From Fonticula alba ATCC 38817 (taxonomy: Eukaryota > Protista > Nucleariida), in NCBI GenBank assembly GCA_000388065.2, contig KB932204.1: a stretch of 63,721 nt of DNA; one strand, written 5' to 3'. The translations under genes and the position numbers were made by a program. Shown one piece after another: positions 48,798 to 60,900 of this stretch; position 1 is the stretch's first letter, and the number at the start of each line of letters is the position of its first letter. The notes under the pieces were generated by a model. It worked only from the letters and a program-made list of their open reading frames with translations, ran no database searches and was not told the DNA's origin.

Positions 48798-50518
48798 GAT
48801 GACTGCCGTGTGTGGGTGGGCGGTGGGGGGGGGGCGATAAACAGACCAGGAGAAGGAGTGTCAGAGGGAGGAACGCTGGCGGAAATGGGAGGAAGGGAGA
48901 GAAAGAGGTGCAATGCACTGGGGTAGGAGATGAAGGGGGGGGGGAAGACTTGGAGCCAAGTGCGCTGTCGACACTGGCGTATCCCTTGTAGATGCATGCA
49001 TGCGCAGGGGGGGGGTGCACATCTCTCCACCGATGCAATGGCGCTGTGTCGTGTCTACGCATAGGGCGACCGGAAGGCAGGCACGAAAGAGCAGCGACCG
49101 TGTGGCAAGGATGAGGCGGCGATGCCTGGACGCTGGCCGCTGCATCGTGGCAAGGCCATGGGACGGCAGCGTCATGACAGAAATGACAGGGCCAAAGGAG
49201 AAGTGGCCAGGCGAGGAGGCTGTGTACGCAGCGTGCAGGGAGGGAAGGAGGGAGGGAGGGGGAGGGAGGGAGGGAGCGGGCGGTGTGTGTGGCCCAGAGG
49301 CGGCACGAACCGATAGGTGAAAGAAGGAGGGGGGAGAAGGTCTCGTGTGAAGGGCGAGACACTTGAAAAAAAGGGGGGGGTGGCCGGTGAGGGGCTCGGG
49401 CAGTGGAGTGGCCAAAAACTCAGATGGTATGAACGCGTGCGTGTGCTGTGCCAGTGTCTGCGAGGGCCTGGGAGAGAGAGAGAGAGGGAGAGAGAGAGAT
49501 GGAGAGCAAGAGAGGGGGGGAGGGGCGCGTGTGCGAGTTCCGCACCAACTCAATGGCGGCCCCCACACTCGTCGGCCGTTTCTCCCCCGGCCAGCCAGAA
49601 ACAGGCTCACGCGCTCGCGGAGGTACACACGCCTGGCCCGCAACACGACGAGACCCTGCACACGACGGAGCTCCCCTCCTGCGGGGGGACGGCTCCTTAT
49701 CTTCTCGGCCAGGATTGCCCCACAGCCGGGCATCCTGCGGCAGTCGCTTGTCTTGACCGGAGTCCATCTCCAGGAGGGCGAGAACAGAGGGGGACGGGCA
49801 GAGCCGCACATCGGGAGAGAATAGGGACTCAAGTGCCCGCCCCCCCCCCCCTCGGGAGTGAGGAGAGGCCACCATCCTCGGAGCATGCACACTAGCCCGC
49901 AGTAACCCTCGCGGCTGGCATACACCGTGCACCCGTGAATGAATAAAAAAGGGCGGCAAGGGGGTGGTGGCCTTTGCTTTGCTCCGAGTCTAACCGACCT
50001 GGCGGCCACATCGCCCCACCTGGGCGGGGGCCCTCGCCCGAAATACAGCTATTGTGGACAAGCCTCTCCCCTCCAGGGAGAGGACACCGCACATCCGGGC
50101 ATCCCCCAATTGAAGATTCATCTACGGAGCATTCCCAAGGGCGCAAGTGTCCCCGTGCCGCTGGAGAGCCACTGCCTTCCCTGCCTCCCCCCGCCCCCCG
50201 GGCCTCACAAGGTGCTGGAGAGACACCACCGACGATTCCAGGCGACCAGCATTTATGATAAACCCAGGGATTCCACCACGGCGAACCTAATTCCGGGCTC
50301 CAAAAACGGAGGATACCCAGCCTCCCGCCATAATCCTCGGCCTCTGCCCCGGCATTGGGTGCCAGAGGGGGAGAACCTGACTGCCTGCCGGAGGGGCTGA
50401 GGGCCACACGAAAAGGAGGTCGCGTGTGGTCTCGGTGGTGTGATTCGGTCACGTGGATGATCCTCGTTCGATCTCTCGATCATCCTTCCAGCTCTTGTCG
50501 GCCACCCCGTCTCCCTTG

Positions 50519-50519
<1 letters not shown>

Positions 50520-50580
<61 letters not shown>

Positions 50581-50621
50581 ACACACCCACACACCCACAC
50601 ACCCACACACCCACACACCCA

Positions 50622-50701
<80 letters not shown>
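50520..50701. repeat. Compound (CA)n/(CACCCACA)n microsatellite, about 180 bp
   Basis: Read directly; ends at the acceptor AG of the first visible COPA exon. Confidence 0.95.
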
Positions 50702-50702
<1 letters not shown>

Positions 50703-50704
<2 letters not shown>

Positions 50705-51533
50705 CATTCGCATCTGGAACTGGCAGTCTCGTACCTGCATCGCCGTTCTCACCGGCCATAACCACTACGTCATGTCGGCCGAGTTCCACCCCAAGGAGGA
50801 TCTCATTGTGTCGGCCTCCCTGGACCAGACCGTCCGTGTGTGGGACATCTCCGGTGCGATGGCCTTCATTTGCCCCTGCCTCCGCCGCCTTCTCCCAGGC
50901 TTTTCGCCCTTCTTTCATCGCATCACCAAGGCTCATCTGCTCGTGCTCACCCCTCCCCCCTTCTCAGGCCTCCGCCGTAAGGCCATGCCCGGCATGGGTG
51001 CCACCCCGCGCCCTGGCAGCGACGAGCCCACCAAGCCTCTCCTGCAGAATGACCTCTTCGGCTCGGTGGATGGTGCGCCCTTCGCCGTGCCTCCGCCCCC
51101 CGGTGTCGCCCTCCGGCTCTCTAACATCCCCCCCTCCCCCCCTCCCATCAGCCTACGTCAAGTTCGTTCTCGAGGACCATGACCGCGGTGTCAACTGGGC
51201 CTCCTTCCATCCGGAGCTGTCGCTGATCGTTTCGGGCGCCGACGATCGCCAGGTGAAGATCTGGCGCTACACCGACACCAAGGCCTGGCATGTGGACAGC
51301 TGCCGCGGGCATTACAGCCACGCCACCTGTGTTATCTTCCACCCCCGGCAGGATCTCATTCTGTCGGCCTCCGAAGACAAGACCCTGCGCGTGTGGGACA
51401 TCACCAAGCGCACCGCGGTGGCCACCTTCCGCCGGGAGCACGACCGCTTCTGGATCATCAAGGCCCACCCGACGGAGAACCTGTTCGTCACCGGTACGTC
51501 CCCCCCCCAGCCCCTCTGTCTGTGTTCCGGACT

Positions 51534-51577
<44 letters not shown>

Positions 51578-51893
51578 GATGCCCTGCTTCTGTCCCTGCC
51601 TCTCTCTGACCCCTGGATGTCCCCGGAATGTGTGATCGACACTGGGCTCAGGCCACGATGCCGGCCTCATCGTCTTCAAGTTGGAGCGCGAACGCCCTGC
51701 CAGCACCGTGCACGGATCCAACCTGCTGTATGTCAAGGACAAGCACCTGCGCGTGGTGGACATGCGCTCCGGGGCCAACAACCTGCTGGCCAACATCCGC
51801 CGGTACACCAGCCCCGGCGGGGGCATTTCCTTCGGCACGCAGCCCCGGTCCATGACCTACAATGAGGCGGAGAATGCGGTTCTCCTGTACTCG
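50703..51893 (+). CDS. COPA: Coatomer alpha subunit (COPI), internal fragment only
   Basis: [116 protein letters not shown]. The N-terminal and C-terminal exons are absent from the window. Confidence 0.92.
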
Positions 51894-52089
51894 GTGCGTG
51901 TGCATTCCGCTCTGCGTCCCGCGCATGTGCGCCCCGGGGCGCCCGGGGCATTTCCCACTGCCCGGTGATCCCCCCCCCCCCCGTCCNNNNNNNNNNNNNN
52001 NNNNNNNNNNNNNNNNNGAGAGAAAGAGAGAGAGAGAGATAGGGAGAAACCATTCCGAGATGGCGGATGGCAACTGGGATGTGATATTG

Positions 52090-52492
52090 CTACTTCTCTT
52101 CATGCGAGAATGACTGCTTCGCCTCTGGCTCCGGCGCAGTAGCCGGGGCAGGCATCCCTGCCCCGGTTCCCTCCAACACCTGGCTGGCCTCGGCCGAGAG
52201 GTCGGCAGGGAGCTCGCGCGTGTCGCCGTACGCTCGACGCAGGGCTCGATATTTGAGGACTGAGTAGACTACCGGGAGCTCGCGCTTGATGCGTTCCCCG
52301 TTACGCAGCTCCCGCTGAATATCCTTCGGGTCGGTCAGGTGTGCGCGTTGGGCGAAGCTTTGCCGGAGCTGGGGGTGGAAAAACTCCCGGAAGCCACGCG
52401 GATCATGTTGACCAATGAAAGAGAGCTTGGAGAAGGGATAGGAACTCAGTCAGGCATGGGGCATTATCTTGCCAGGGGGGAGGGAGAGAGCA

Positions 52493-52535
<43 letters not shown>

Positions 52536-52610
52536 ACGTACCTCACGATACAAGATCCGTGCCTTGCTTCGCAGCTGTGCCATCAACACCGGGTCGGGGA
52601 TCTTGGACAT
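52090..52610 (-). CDS. LYRM5: LYR-motif protein LYRM5/ETFRF1 (electron transfer flavoprotein regulator)
   Basis: Model 52610-52542, 52425-52090 gives MSKIPDPVLMAQLRSKARILYRELSFIGQHDPRGFREFFHPQLRQSFAQRAHLTDPKDIQRELRNGERIKRELPVVYSVLKYRALRRAYG...*. This has the LYR...L...F signature and the KYRA.K/R C-terminal motif of LYRM5. It is missing from the ORF track. Confidence 0.8.
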
Positions 52611-53325
52611 GATGGGGGAGGGCAGGGGGGAGGAAGTGGGAGAGAAATGTGGTGGATGCGGGTGGGGAGGGGATTATGAGCTGGGGATTGTTTGCTCCGC
52701 TAATCGGAGCCGGGGGAGGGCGTTCTCCCTTTAGTCGGGGTCGAGAGTGCAGCCAGATCTCCGCAATCGAGGGAAAAACAAACATCCTCCCCGGACGAAG
52801 CGGCGCGGGCAGCCCACGGTCCGGTCCTGGAGGGGGTGCTGTTCCCGGAGCGCGCGTTCATGAATTACAGAATCCGACCGTCTGGCGCGCGCCCAACACC
52901 GATCTTGACCTTCCCCCGCTGAACTGCCCACGCTCCCCGCCCAGGCCCAGGCAATCAGGCTGAGGCCGAGAAAATTGAATTCTTCCCGCTGCCCCCCGGT
53001 GTTGCCCTCGTGCGTCCGGGGGGGGGGGGGGGGCTCACCTCGTGGGCGTCGCTGCTGCCAGTCTCAGGTTGTCAGGTCCCGCAGGGGGGAGGCCACACAG
53101 GGCGCGCCAGACCGCGGGCCATCTTCTGGCGGGATCGAGACATGGGCGATCATCCGGCTGATGGGTCCAGGAATGGCTGAAAGGTGCCCAAGGGCGTCCT
53201 GCCTCTGGCCGAGTGGCGGCTCAGTACCACCCCCCAGCGCGGACACCGATCCCCCCCCCCCCCCCTCCCCACCTTTCCCAACGCGCACACGCACAAACAC
53301 ACACACACACACATACACACCGACC
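52611..53325. promoter_or_regulatory. Putative bidirectional promoter region between LYRM5 and BCP1
   Basis: Head-to-head start codons about 715 bp apart; positional inference only. Confidence 0.3.
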
Positions 53326-55109
53326 ATGGCCGTCAACAAGAGGTCGCGCGAGGAGACCACTGCCCAGAGCGCCATCGCCGCTGAGGAGGCCAAGAACGCT
53401 GCTTCTGCCGCTGGCAGCGACTCCGAGTCCGAGGACGAGGTTGAGTTGTCGACCAATTCCGCGGCCGGGATCCTGCGTCAGCGCTCAAAGCAGGCGGCGG
53501 CGGCCCCCTCGGCTCCGGCCGGCCCGCCGGCCCCGAAGCGCCCTCGCGCTGAGGTTGAGGCCATCCTGGCTCCTGGAGCTCCGGCCTTTGACGAAGACGA
53601 CGAGCCGATTCAGCCGGTCCCGGCACTGCGTATGCCGAAGCCGCGTGGCACTTTCGCCCCCCGGCCGCTGGTGCGCAACGACATTGTCCAGCATCCGCCC
53701 AGCGACGATGAGGCCAAGGACAGCAGTCCTGACGATGGGTCCAGCGGCGATGGGGAGCTCGACTCCGACGTGAACTTCGACAGCGACGATGAGGGTGATG
53801 ACAGCGACGACGACGACGACGACGACGATGGGTATGTCTATGACGACAACAACGAGGAGGAGACCGAGGCCGTGCGCGGCGAGGTACGCACCCACACAAT
53901 CTGCTGTTCCCAGCTCGCAGCCCTGGACCGCGAGTTGGAGTGCTGACCATCGACCCCCCCCCCCACCCGCCCCACTGGGATCTAACCTGGCTCGTGGCAA
54001 TGATGCAGATTGTTCAGGTGGACTTCGAGTTCTTCAACCTGTTGGATGCGGACCCGGCCTCGATTCGCCACTTGCTGTCGCAGGTCCTGGAGCGCGACAG
54101 CGTGGACCTTTTTGGCCTGGCGGAGCACATTTGCGCCGTGGCCCGCGACGATCCCGAGACCACTGGATCGTGCATCCGCGTGGATGGCAACCCGGAGCCC
54201 TATGCCTGCTTGGCACTGGTGAACCTGGGCCAGATGGGTGGTAGCGTCGCCGCGACGGAGCCCGCCTGTTTGGCGCAGCTCCGGGACTACCTGGCTGGCC
54301 GGGCGCCCGGGGCGTCTGAGCGTGCCTCTTTGCAGAGGCTCTTCGATGGGGTATGTATTTCCTGCTGCGAGGGGGCGACGGGGGGGGGGGGGGTAGCAGC
54401 TGGTGTTGGCCTGGCGTACATGCCCGGACGTTTCTGCCCATCCTCTCCGGGGGTGTTTTTTTTTGGGCCAGATGACTTCGTGCGAAGGGACGGGGGGCCC
54501 GCACCTGCATTTGCTAACATCCCATTTCCATCGCCCTCTGGGGCACAGAAATCCGCCCTGGTTGTCAATGAGCGCCTGATCAACATGCCGGCGCAGACGG
54601 CCGTGCCGATGTTCCGCATGCTGGCCGATGAGGTGGAGGCCGCGCGGCGCTGGTCGCCGGACACCTCGTCCTACTCGGTGGACCGGTTGGTCTTTGTGCT
54701 CAAGCGCTACAAGCAGCTGCCCTTCGACGATCCGTCTGAGTCCTCCGGCAGCGAGAATGAGTCGGCCGGCCCTGGTGCTGGAACTGCCGCCAAGCGCAGC
54801 ATGAACCCCCCGGAGGAGTATTTCTTCGTCAATGAGGAGGAGGAGATTGTCCTGGAGGCAGTGCGTCAGGCCGGCGGCCTGACCTTCCCCTTCGACCTGG
54901 TCAAGTCCACCCCTCGGTGGACGGTGGAGGAGCAGCTCATCCAGCACTCGCGTGTGCTCGCTGTCCTGCCGATTGATCGCCTTCGCCCGCTGGTCCGCAA
55001 GATTGAGGAGACCTTCGGTGTGGAGCATTTGGACCAGAGCCGTCCGGCGAGCGATGCCTCCTCCTCGTCGGGCAGCGATGACACCTCCTCCGAGGAGGAG
55101 TCCGACTGA
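53326..55109 (+). CDS. BCP1: BCP1/BCCIP family protein
   Basis: Model 53326-53883, 54009-54350, 54549-55109. An acidic N-terminus is followed by VQVDFEFFN...D...IRHLLSQ and ALVVNERLINMPAQTAVPMFRML, plus FFVNEEEE. Confidence 0.9.
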
Positions 55110-56355
55110 GAGAGAGTAGATAGTGTTGGGGACCGGCCGGGAGGGGGGGAGGGCGCCGAGAAGCAGCGCATCCCCCCCCCCCCCTCTCCATCCATGACCC
55201 TGCCTCTGACTTGCTTTGGATGCCGATACCCATGTGTGAGCCCATGGCGCAATCCTACGTCAAAAGAAATATATCCGATTTTGGGAGGTGCCTCCAGCTC
55301 CAGCCGGGGAAGGGAGGGGGACCCGGGTCTCCTGGGGTCATTCCGTCGTTGCCGCGCGCGCGGATTTCGGACACGAACCGGCGATGGGGGGGGGGGGGGG
55401 AGAGATCCCGACCGAAAGAACAGGATTGGGGCATCCACCAGCAAGGGAGGGGGTGCCAGGGCGGCTCTCGGGTTGGGCAGGACGTTCTGGAGAGCCGGCG
55501 AGCGTGGGGGAACAACATATGTGCCAATCCAAGACATGTCCCAACGCAACGCCGGGGAATCTGAGATGGATCAGATCAGTCTGGGAGTGCTTGACTTTTA
55601 TACCGACGGGGCCGAGGTGTTCGGCCGGGGGCCGGCGAGGAAGGCCATCCTGAGTCATTGCACCTTCCCGGGCTCCGGAAGAGGGCCCAGGTCTGGGCGG
55701 TGGCCCGTGAGCGCTTTCCCGGAGCTGCCTCCGCCCGACATGCGCTGCGTTGGCGCGGGACTCTGACCCAAGAATAGGGGCCTGCCTCCGGTCGGGTGGG
55801 CAAGGCCGGAGGACTGAGGTATCCCCCGAGCTGAAGATCACTCTCCGTCGGGAGGGGGGGAAGAAGCGCCCGGCGGCGATGCTGTACTGGACGACCTAAT
55901 CCCCCAGGGGCCTCCTCCTCCTCGGGGCATTTTGCCGTCTCTGCTGCCCACAAACCCCCCCCCCTCCCACACTGTTCACCCGGACTCCTGTGCTTCAGGG
56001 TGACCGGAAGGCGCGCGAAAGGCGCCCCCCCTCCCGGCCCCTCTTCTGGCCGCCTCGCCCCTCTACGAATCAACAGACGCCCCACACACCACGCCATCCC
56101 CCCCCCCCGGAAGAACACACACACACACACACACACGGACACCCAGCAGGCGAGGGGAAGAGAACAATCGAGAGGAGCACATGGATGTATGCTGTTACAG
56201 CTGGGATAGAGCGAGAGAGGGAGGGAGGCGCGCACAGGGAGGAGGCACCACACAAAAAAAGCGGAGCTGCCTCGGGTTTATATCAACACAAGAGGGAAAT
56301 GTGTGTGAGAGGGTGATAGTAGTAGTACACGGGGCACGACGACACACGCGGGCAT

Positions 56356-57935
56356 TTAAGCACGGGGCTTCTCACGCTTCTCGGTGAACAGGGACCAGAG
56401 GGAGACACCGGCGACCTTGACGACCTTGAAGCGGACACCGGGCAGATCACCAACGGACATACCGGAACGACCGAAACCGGCGATGAGGACCTCATCCTGC
56501 GGGGGAGAGAAAGGGGAGAGAGGGGGAAAGGAGGGGACATGTCAGAGGGAGCGCGGCTCGGTCGACCGTGTGGGGGTCTCTCGCATCGCGGAGGGCGCGC
56601 GCGGGGAGAGGATATGCGACGGGCATCCGGCCGAGAGGCCACCCCCTCCAGGAAGGGATATCCAGCAAGCCATCTGTGCTCCTGGGAGGGGGGCCGCGCG
56701 CGCGCGGCAGCAGCAAGCGGAGGAAGGGGTGGGATACGCACGTTCTCCTCGATGTAGTTCATGGTACCATCATAGGGGACGAAAGCGGTGACCTTCTTGG
56801 AGTTCTTGATGAGCTGGACACGAGCACACTTACGAATGGCAGAGTTGGGCTGCTTGGACTCGACACCGCTGTGGAAAGGGAAGAACAGGGGGGGGAGAAG
56901 ACACATGAGGTTAGGGTCGCGCTGGTTTGGCGAAGGGGGGGCGGCAGGAGGAGACATGGCGCGCTAACAGGCGATCCCCTTCTCCTCTCTCGCCCGCGCT
57001 CGCTACGATGCGCGGTTGGAGAGGTGAAAGGGTTTCCGAGGGGTAAGGGGTGAAAAGGGGCGGAAAGGCGGACGTACATCTTCTCGATGACGATACCCTT
57101 AGCGTGGGAGGTACCCTGGAAGGGAGAGTGCTTGAAGATGGTGCCGAGGGCGTGCTTCTTCCACTTCTTGTCGGCCCACTTGTTGATGCGACGGTTGTTG
57201 CGAAGCTGACGAGCAGCATTGATACCGCGGGGCTTGCAGCTACCTGCTCGATGGGAAGGACGAGTAGTCAGTATCGGCCGGAGGCAGCCATGGAAAGGGG
57301 AAAGCGCAAGCAGCGCGGCGAGGAGGCCTCCCCCTGCGTCTGGAGGTCGACACCAAGGAGGCGGGCGTGTGATAGGGAGACCCCAGCCCTCAGAAGATGC
57401 ACGAGCGAGAGCGTCGGATTCAGGATGCATCCGACAAGCCACAGCCACCAGGGACATTGAAAGGCGACGGCGTGCGGGCAGGTGTGACACACATCCCCGC
57501 GGACGGTGCGCCTCCCTCTCCTCCCCCCGCATAATAATGGGGACACCCCCGGAGGCCGGGCCGGGGGCCGGGATGCGGGGCGAAGGACACTGGTGTTCAT
57601 CCACACCAGGGGGGGGAGGAGGAGGGGAGGGCGTCCTGCGTGAAGAGGGTCACAGAGCCGTGTACATCATAGCGCACAATCGTCCAAGGGGGGGCAGGGC
57701 AGGAAGGAGTCGTCGCTGAGGGGAGGAGGGGTAGGGCGCGGGCTCGGCGGTGACGACCAAGACCGACACATCACAGCAAGCATCTCCTCGGTGTCGGCCG
57801 ACAGGGTGGGGAAGGGAGGAGACGGGCGGAAAGAGGGGCGGCGGAGGGGAGAGAGGGCGGGAGAGGGGGAGGCAATCGGTGCACGGCAGGGAGGTGCAAC
57901 GGCTGCGGGAGGCGAGCGCGTATGAACGGACCCAT
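56356..57935 (-). CDS. RPS23: 40S ribosomal protein S23 (uS12)
   Basis: [11 protein letters not shown]...KWADKKWKK...[53 protein letters not shown]...[28 protein letters not shown]. The first exon (ATGG, 57935-57932) is inferred from a GT donor and a phase match to the acceptor at 57245; the intron has a TACTGAC branch site. Confidence 0.95.
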
Positions 57936-60900
57936 GATGACGGATTACTTGGATTGTAAGAGTAAAAAAACCAAAACAAACCAGGTGAGAGGCCCCATCC
58001 TCCGGGTGTGGCGGGCGGCTGGGCGCCAGAAAAATGGCCCATCGCAGCCCCGGGCGCTCGGCCACCGAGAGTCCGAACCCAGGAGGATGGGGGGGGGGGC
58101 GGGAGGGNNNNNNNNNNNNNNNNNNNNNNNNNNNNNNNNNNNNNNNNNNNNNNNNNNNNNNNNNNNNNNNNNNNNNNNNNNNNNNNNNNNNNNNNNNNNN
58201 NNNNNNNNNNNNNNNNNNNNNNNNNNNNNNNNNNNNNNNNNNNNNNNNNNNNNNNNNNNNNNNNNNNNNNNNNNNNNNNNNNNNNNNNNNNNNNNNNNNN
58301 NNNNNNNNNNNNNNNNNNNNNNNNNNNNNNNNNNNNNNNNNNNNNNNNNNNNNNNNNNNNNNNNNNNNNNNNNNNCCCCCCCCCCCCGCCCGTCCCCCCC
58401 TCCCTCCACTCCCTGGACCCGAGCACAGAGGGCGAACCACATCGGTCCTCTGGCCCAAGGTCACCAAAGAGGCCAACGGAGCATGTGTAATTCGTGCTCC
58501 TCTCTCGCGCCGGAGGTGTCCGGCACAACCGCCGTAAGGCATGAAACAGGCCGCCCCCGTGTCCTTCTCTCCGGAGGGGGCCTCTCCCCTGGCAGGGCAC
58601 CGCCCTTCGACACGGCCCTTGGGGCCCTCCCTCGTGCGATGCGCTGGACGGGCAACAGCCTGGCGAAAGAGCGGCAAGGAGAGGGGGGCGGGCCAAAGGA
58701 AGAGAAGGAGGTCCGGCAAGATGCAGAAGGCGGGGCTATGCAACCGGCCAGGGCCGGGGGGGGATGGACAGCGGGAAGAAGGACGCGTGATTGAATGGCG
58801 CTCCTTTGTCCAGCATGTGCCCCGGAGGAAGCGCAGGTATTTTCGAAGCAAAAAACCTCCTCCCATTCTCACATATTGGATATTTTGCGCGCGGAATATT
58901 CCCCGATTTGTTGTCTTTTCCTCCGGGCTTCTGGCCCGGGAGGCGCGGCGCCATCAACGGCCCATTGTCAGACCATCCCCGGCCTTGGGCGTGGAGGAGA
59001 GGCTGAGGCCATTTTATCCTAGGGGCACCCCGAGCCCCATAATAACCAAGCGAGTTACAAGCAGCACGTACTCCCCTTCCGCGAGATACTCGGTTATTCC
59101 AAAATAGCGTTCTTCGCTGGGAGAACGCGGAATTGGGCGCACCCAAGAGGCCGCCGGACGCAGGGCCATCACGGAAGCCGAACAGGGGGGGCGCGTGCGC
59201 GCGGAGTTGCCGATCTGCCTCTTGGCTGGGTCCAGGCGAGAAAGGGGGCCCCCTATTTGGGAACCTCCTCTGGTAGTGGAGGCTTTGAGGCTAAGCGTGT
59301 TGAAGAGTATGTGAAAGCATCCCCCGAAGCCCCTGGCCCCCGGCTGCAACCACCTGTTCTGTTGGGGCCTCCTGTCGAGCCCGCCTTGCTACCCGAGGTG
59401 ATTGCCATTTTTGCTTGCCCACTAGCTCGTCCACGACCGAGCGACCGCGCTCATCCTTTCGGGCCACAGTATGTGCCGGTTCGGTATGCCCCACCTCTGT
59501 GCGCAGAGTAATTTCTAACCGGTAGCCGATTTCCGACACAGCTGCCGTCAAAGTTTCGCTCCTTTGACATTAGACTGGGTCGGCGAGGGCCCTGCTACCA
59601 TTATGCAAGCGCCTCACACGTCCGGACGTTCGTTAGGAGTCCTCCGATGGTGGCACTTTTGCTGGGAGGCGGGGAGGGGAGCATTTTGCACCGGGAACGA
59701 GGGTCTGCCGCCTTCCTGCTTGGGGGGATTCTGTGTGGTGCTTCACACGTCCGGTGCCCTTGACTCGTTCGCCGCCTGTGCATGTGGCGAAGCCCTAAAC
59801 TGGGTCGCGTGTGTGTCCCTGGTCAATTAACATCACCGAGACACCCACCCGCCACATGCCCAAGGGCAAGGATTGCGGGTCCGTTGTCACTGACTGACTG
59901 GACAGACGGCAAGGAGAGCCGGCCGGGGCGTGAGGGGGGGGGGAGCATCGACCGGCGGTCGATGCCCCGGTGAGCCGCCCTCTGCCGACGGATGCATGTG
60001 CGTTTGTCCCCTCGCAGCAGGGGTCGTTGCTTGACACCGGCTTGCGGCTTGTGGGGGGGGGGGGGTGCTGGAAGGGGCATCGTGTTCCGGCTTGAGGCCC
60101 GGTGGCAGGGAGGCCCCGTTGGCAAGCGCCGCGGCCCCTCCCCCCGGCGCCTCCCGGGGCTGGGAGCGAAGGCGCCGGTCAGATGTCGGGGGGGGCGGGG
60201 GGGGGGGGGGGGGGATTTGCACCACACACCGGCCCAGGGCGGACATGCGCGCGACATGGCGGCGACGATGCGCGGCGGCTTCCCGCCTCGCTCTCCCTCG
60301 TCCCTCAGTTTGACCGCTGCTCTCCCCCACCCCCCACGGGGCAGATGTGCTTGAGGGATTTTCTCCTGGCCCCGCCCTCCGAGAAGGGGGGGGTCAATCA
60401 CGGCACCTCTTTCTGCGGGGGATCAGGGCGGGGAAGTGCCAACTGTCGTGCGAGGCGCGACCGTCTGCCGGCAGATCGCGTCCCTGCGGGGCTCCCCCCG
60501 GGGGGGGGGGGGGCAAGATTGACACAGGCGCCCGCTGGCGCCGGGCCGGGGGGCCTGCCCCAGTCAATGGTCGGCTCTTCCCGAGAGCAGGGAGGGATGG
60601 GACCCGGGAGCGCGTGCAGGACAGACCCGGCGCACCGGTTTGTCGCCCTCTCTTCACGAGGGCCGCGGCCCAGGGAAGTCGGGATTTTTGTCCCCATCGC
60701 CCTGGAGTTTTTCCTGGCCGGCAGGGCGGCGACGGGGGGGGGGAGCGCGGGCAGAGAGGGGACCGGAGGAGCCTATTCCCTTTTGCGGCCGGCCGGCGGG
60801 GTGACCGGGTGCGGGGGGCCCTCCTCGGTGTACTTGGCTCGGGCTTGGCGGGCCTTCCAGGTCTGAGGTGGCTGGTGACACACCGCCACACGTCTGTGCC

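Noticed and set aside
50253-50936. ORFs with HTHTHT, VCVCVC, LSLSLS or ERERER runs throughout the window
   Set aside because: These are translations of intronic or intergenic dinucleotide microsatellites, not proteins.
55593-55610. DFYTDG peptide resembling the first RNase H motif of a retroelement
   Set aside because: None of the other RNase H or RT motifs follow, so it is likely chance.
57245-57931. Intronic snoRNA in the long first intron of RPS23
   Set aside because: CTGA (box D-like) words occur near 57388-57422, but no canonical RTGATGA box C with a terminal stem was found. It is unsupported without a snoscan/Infernal run.
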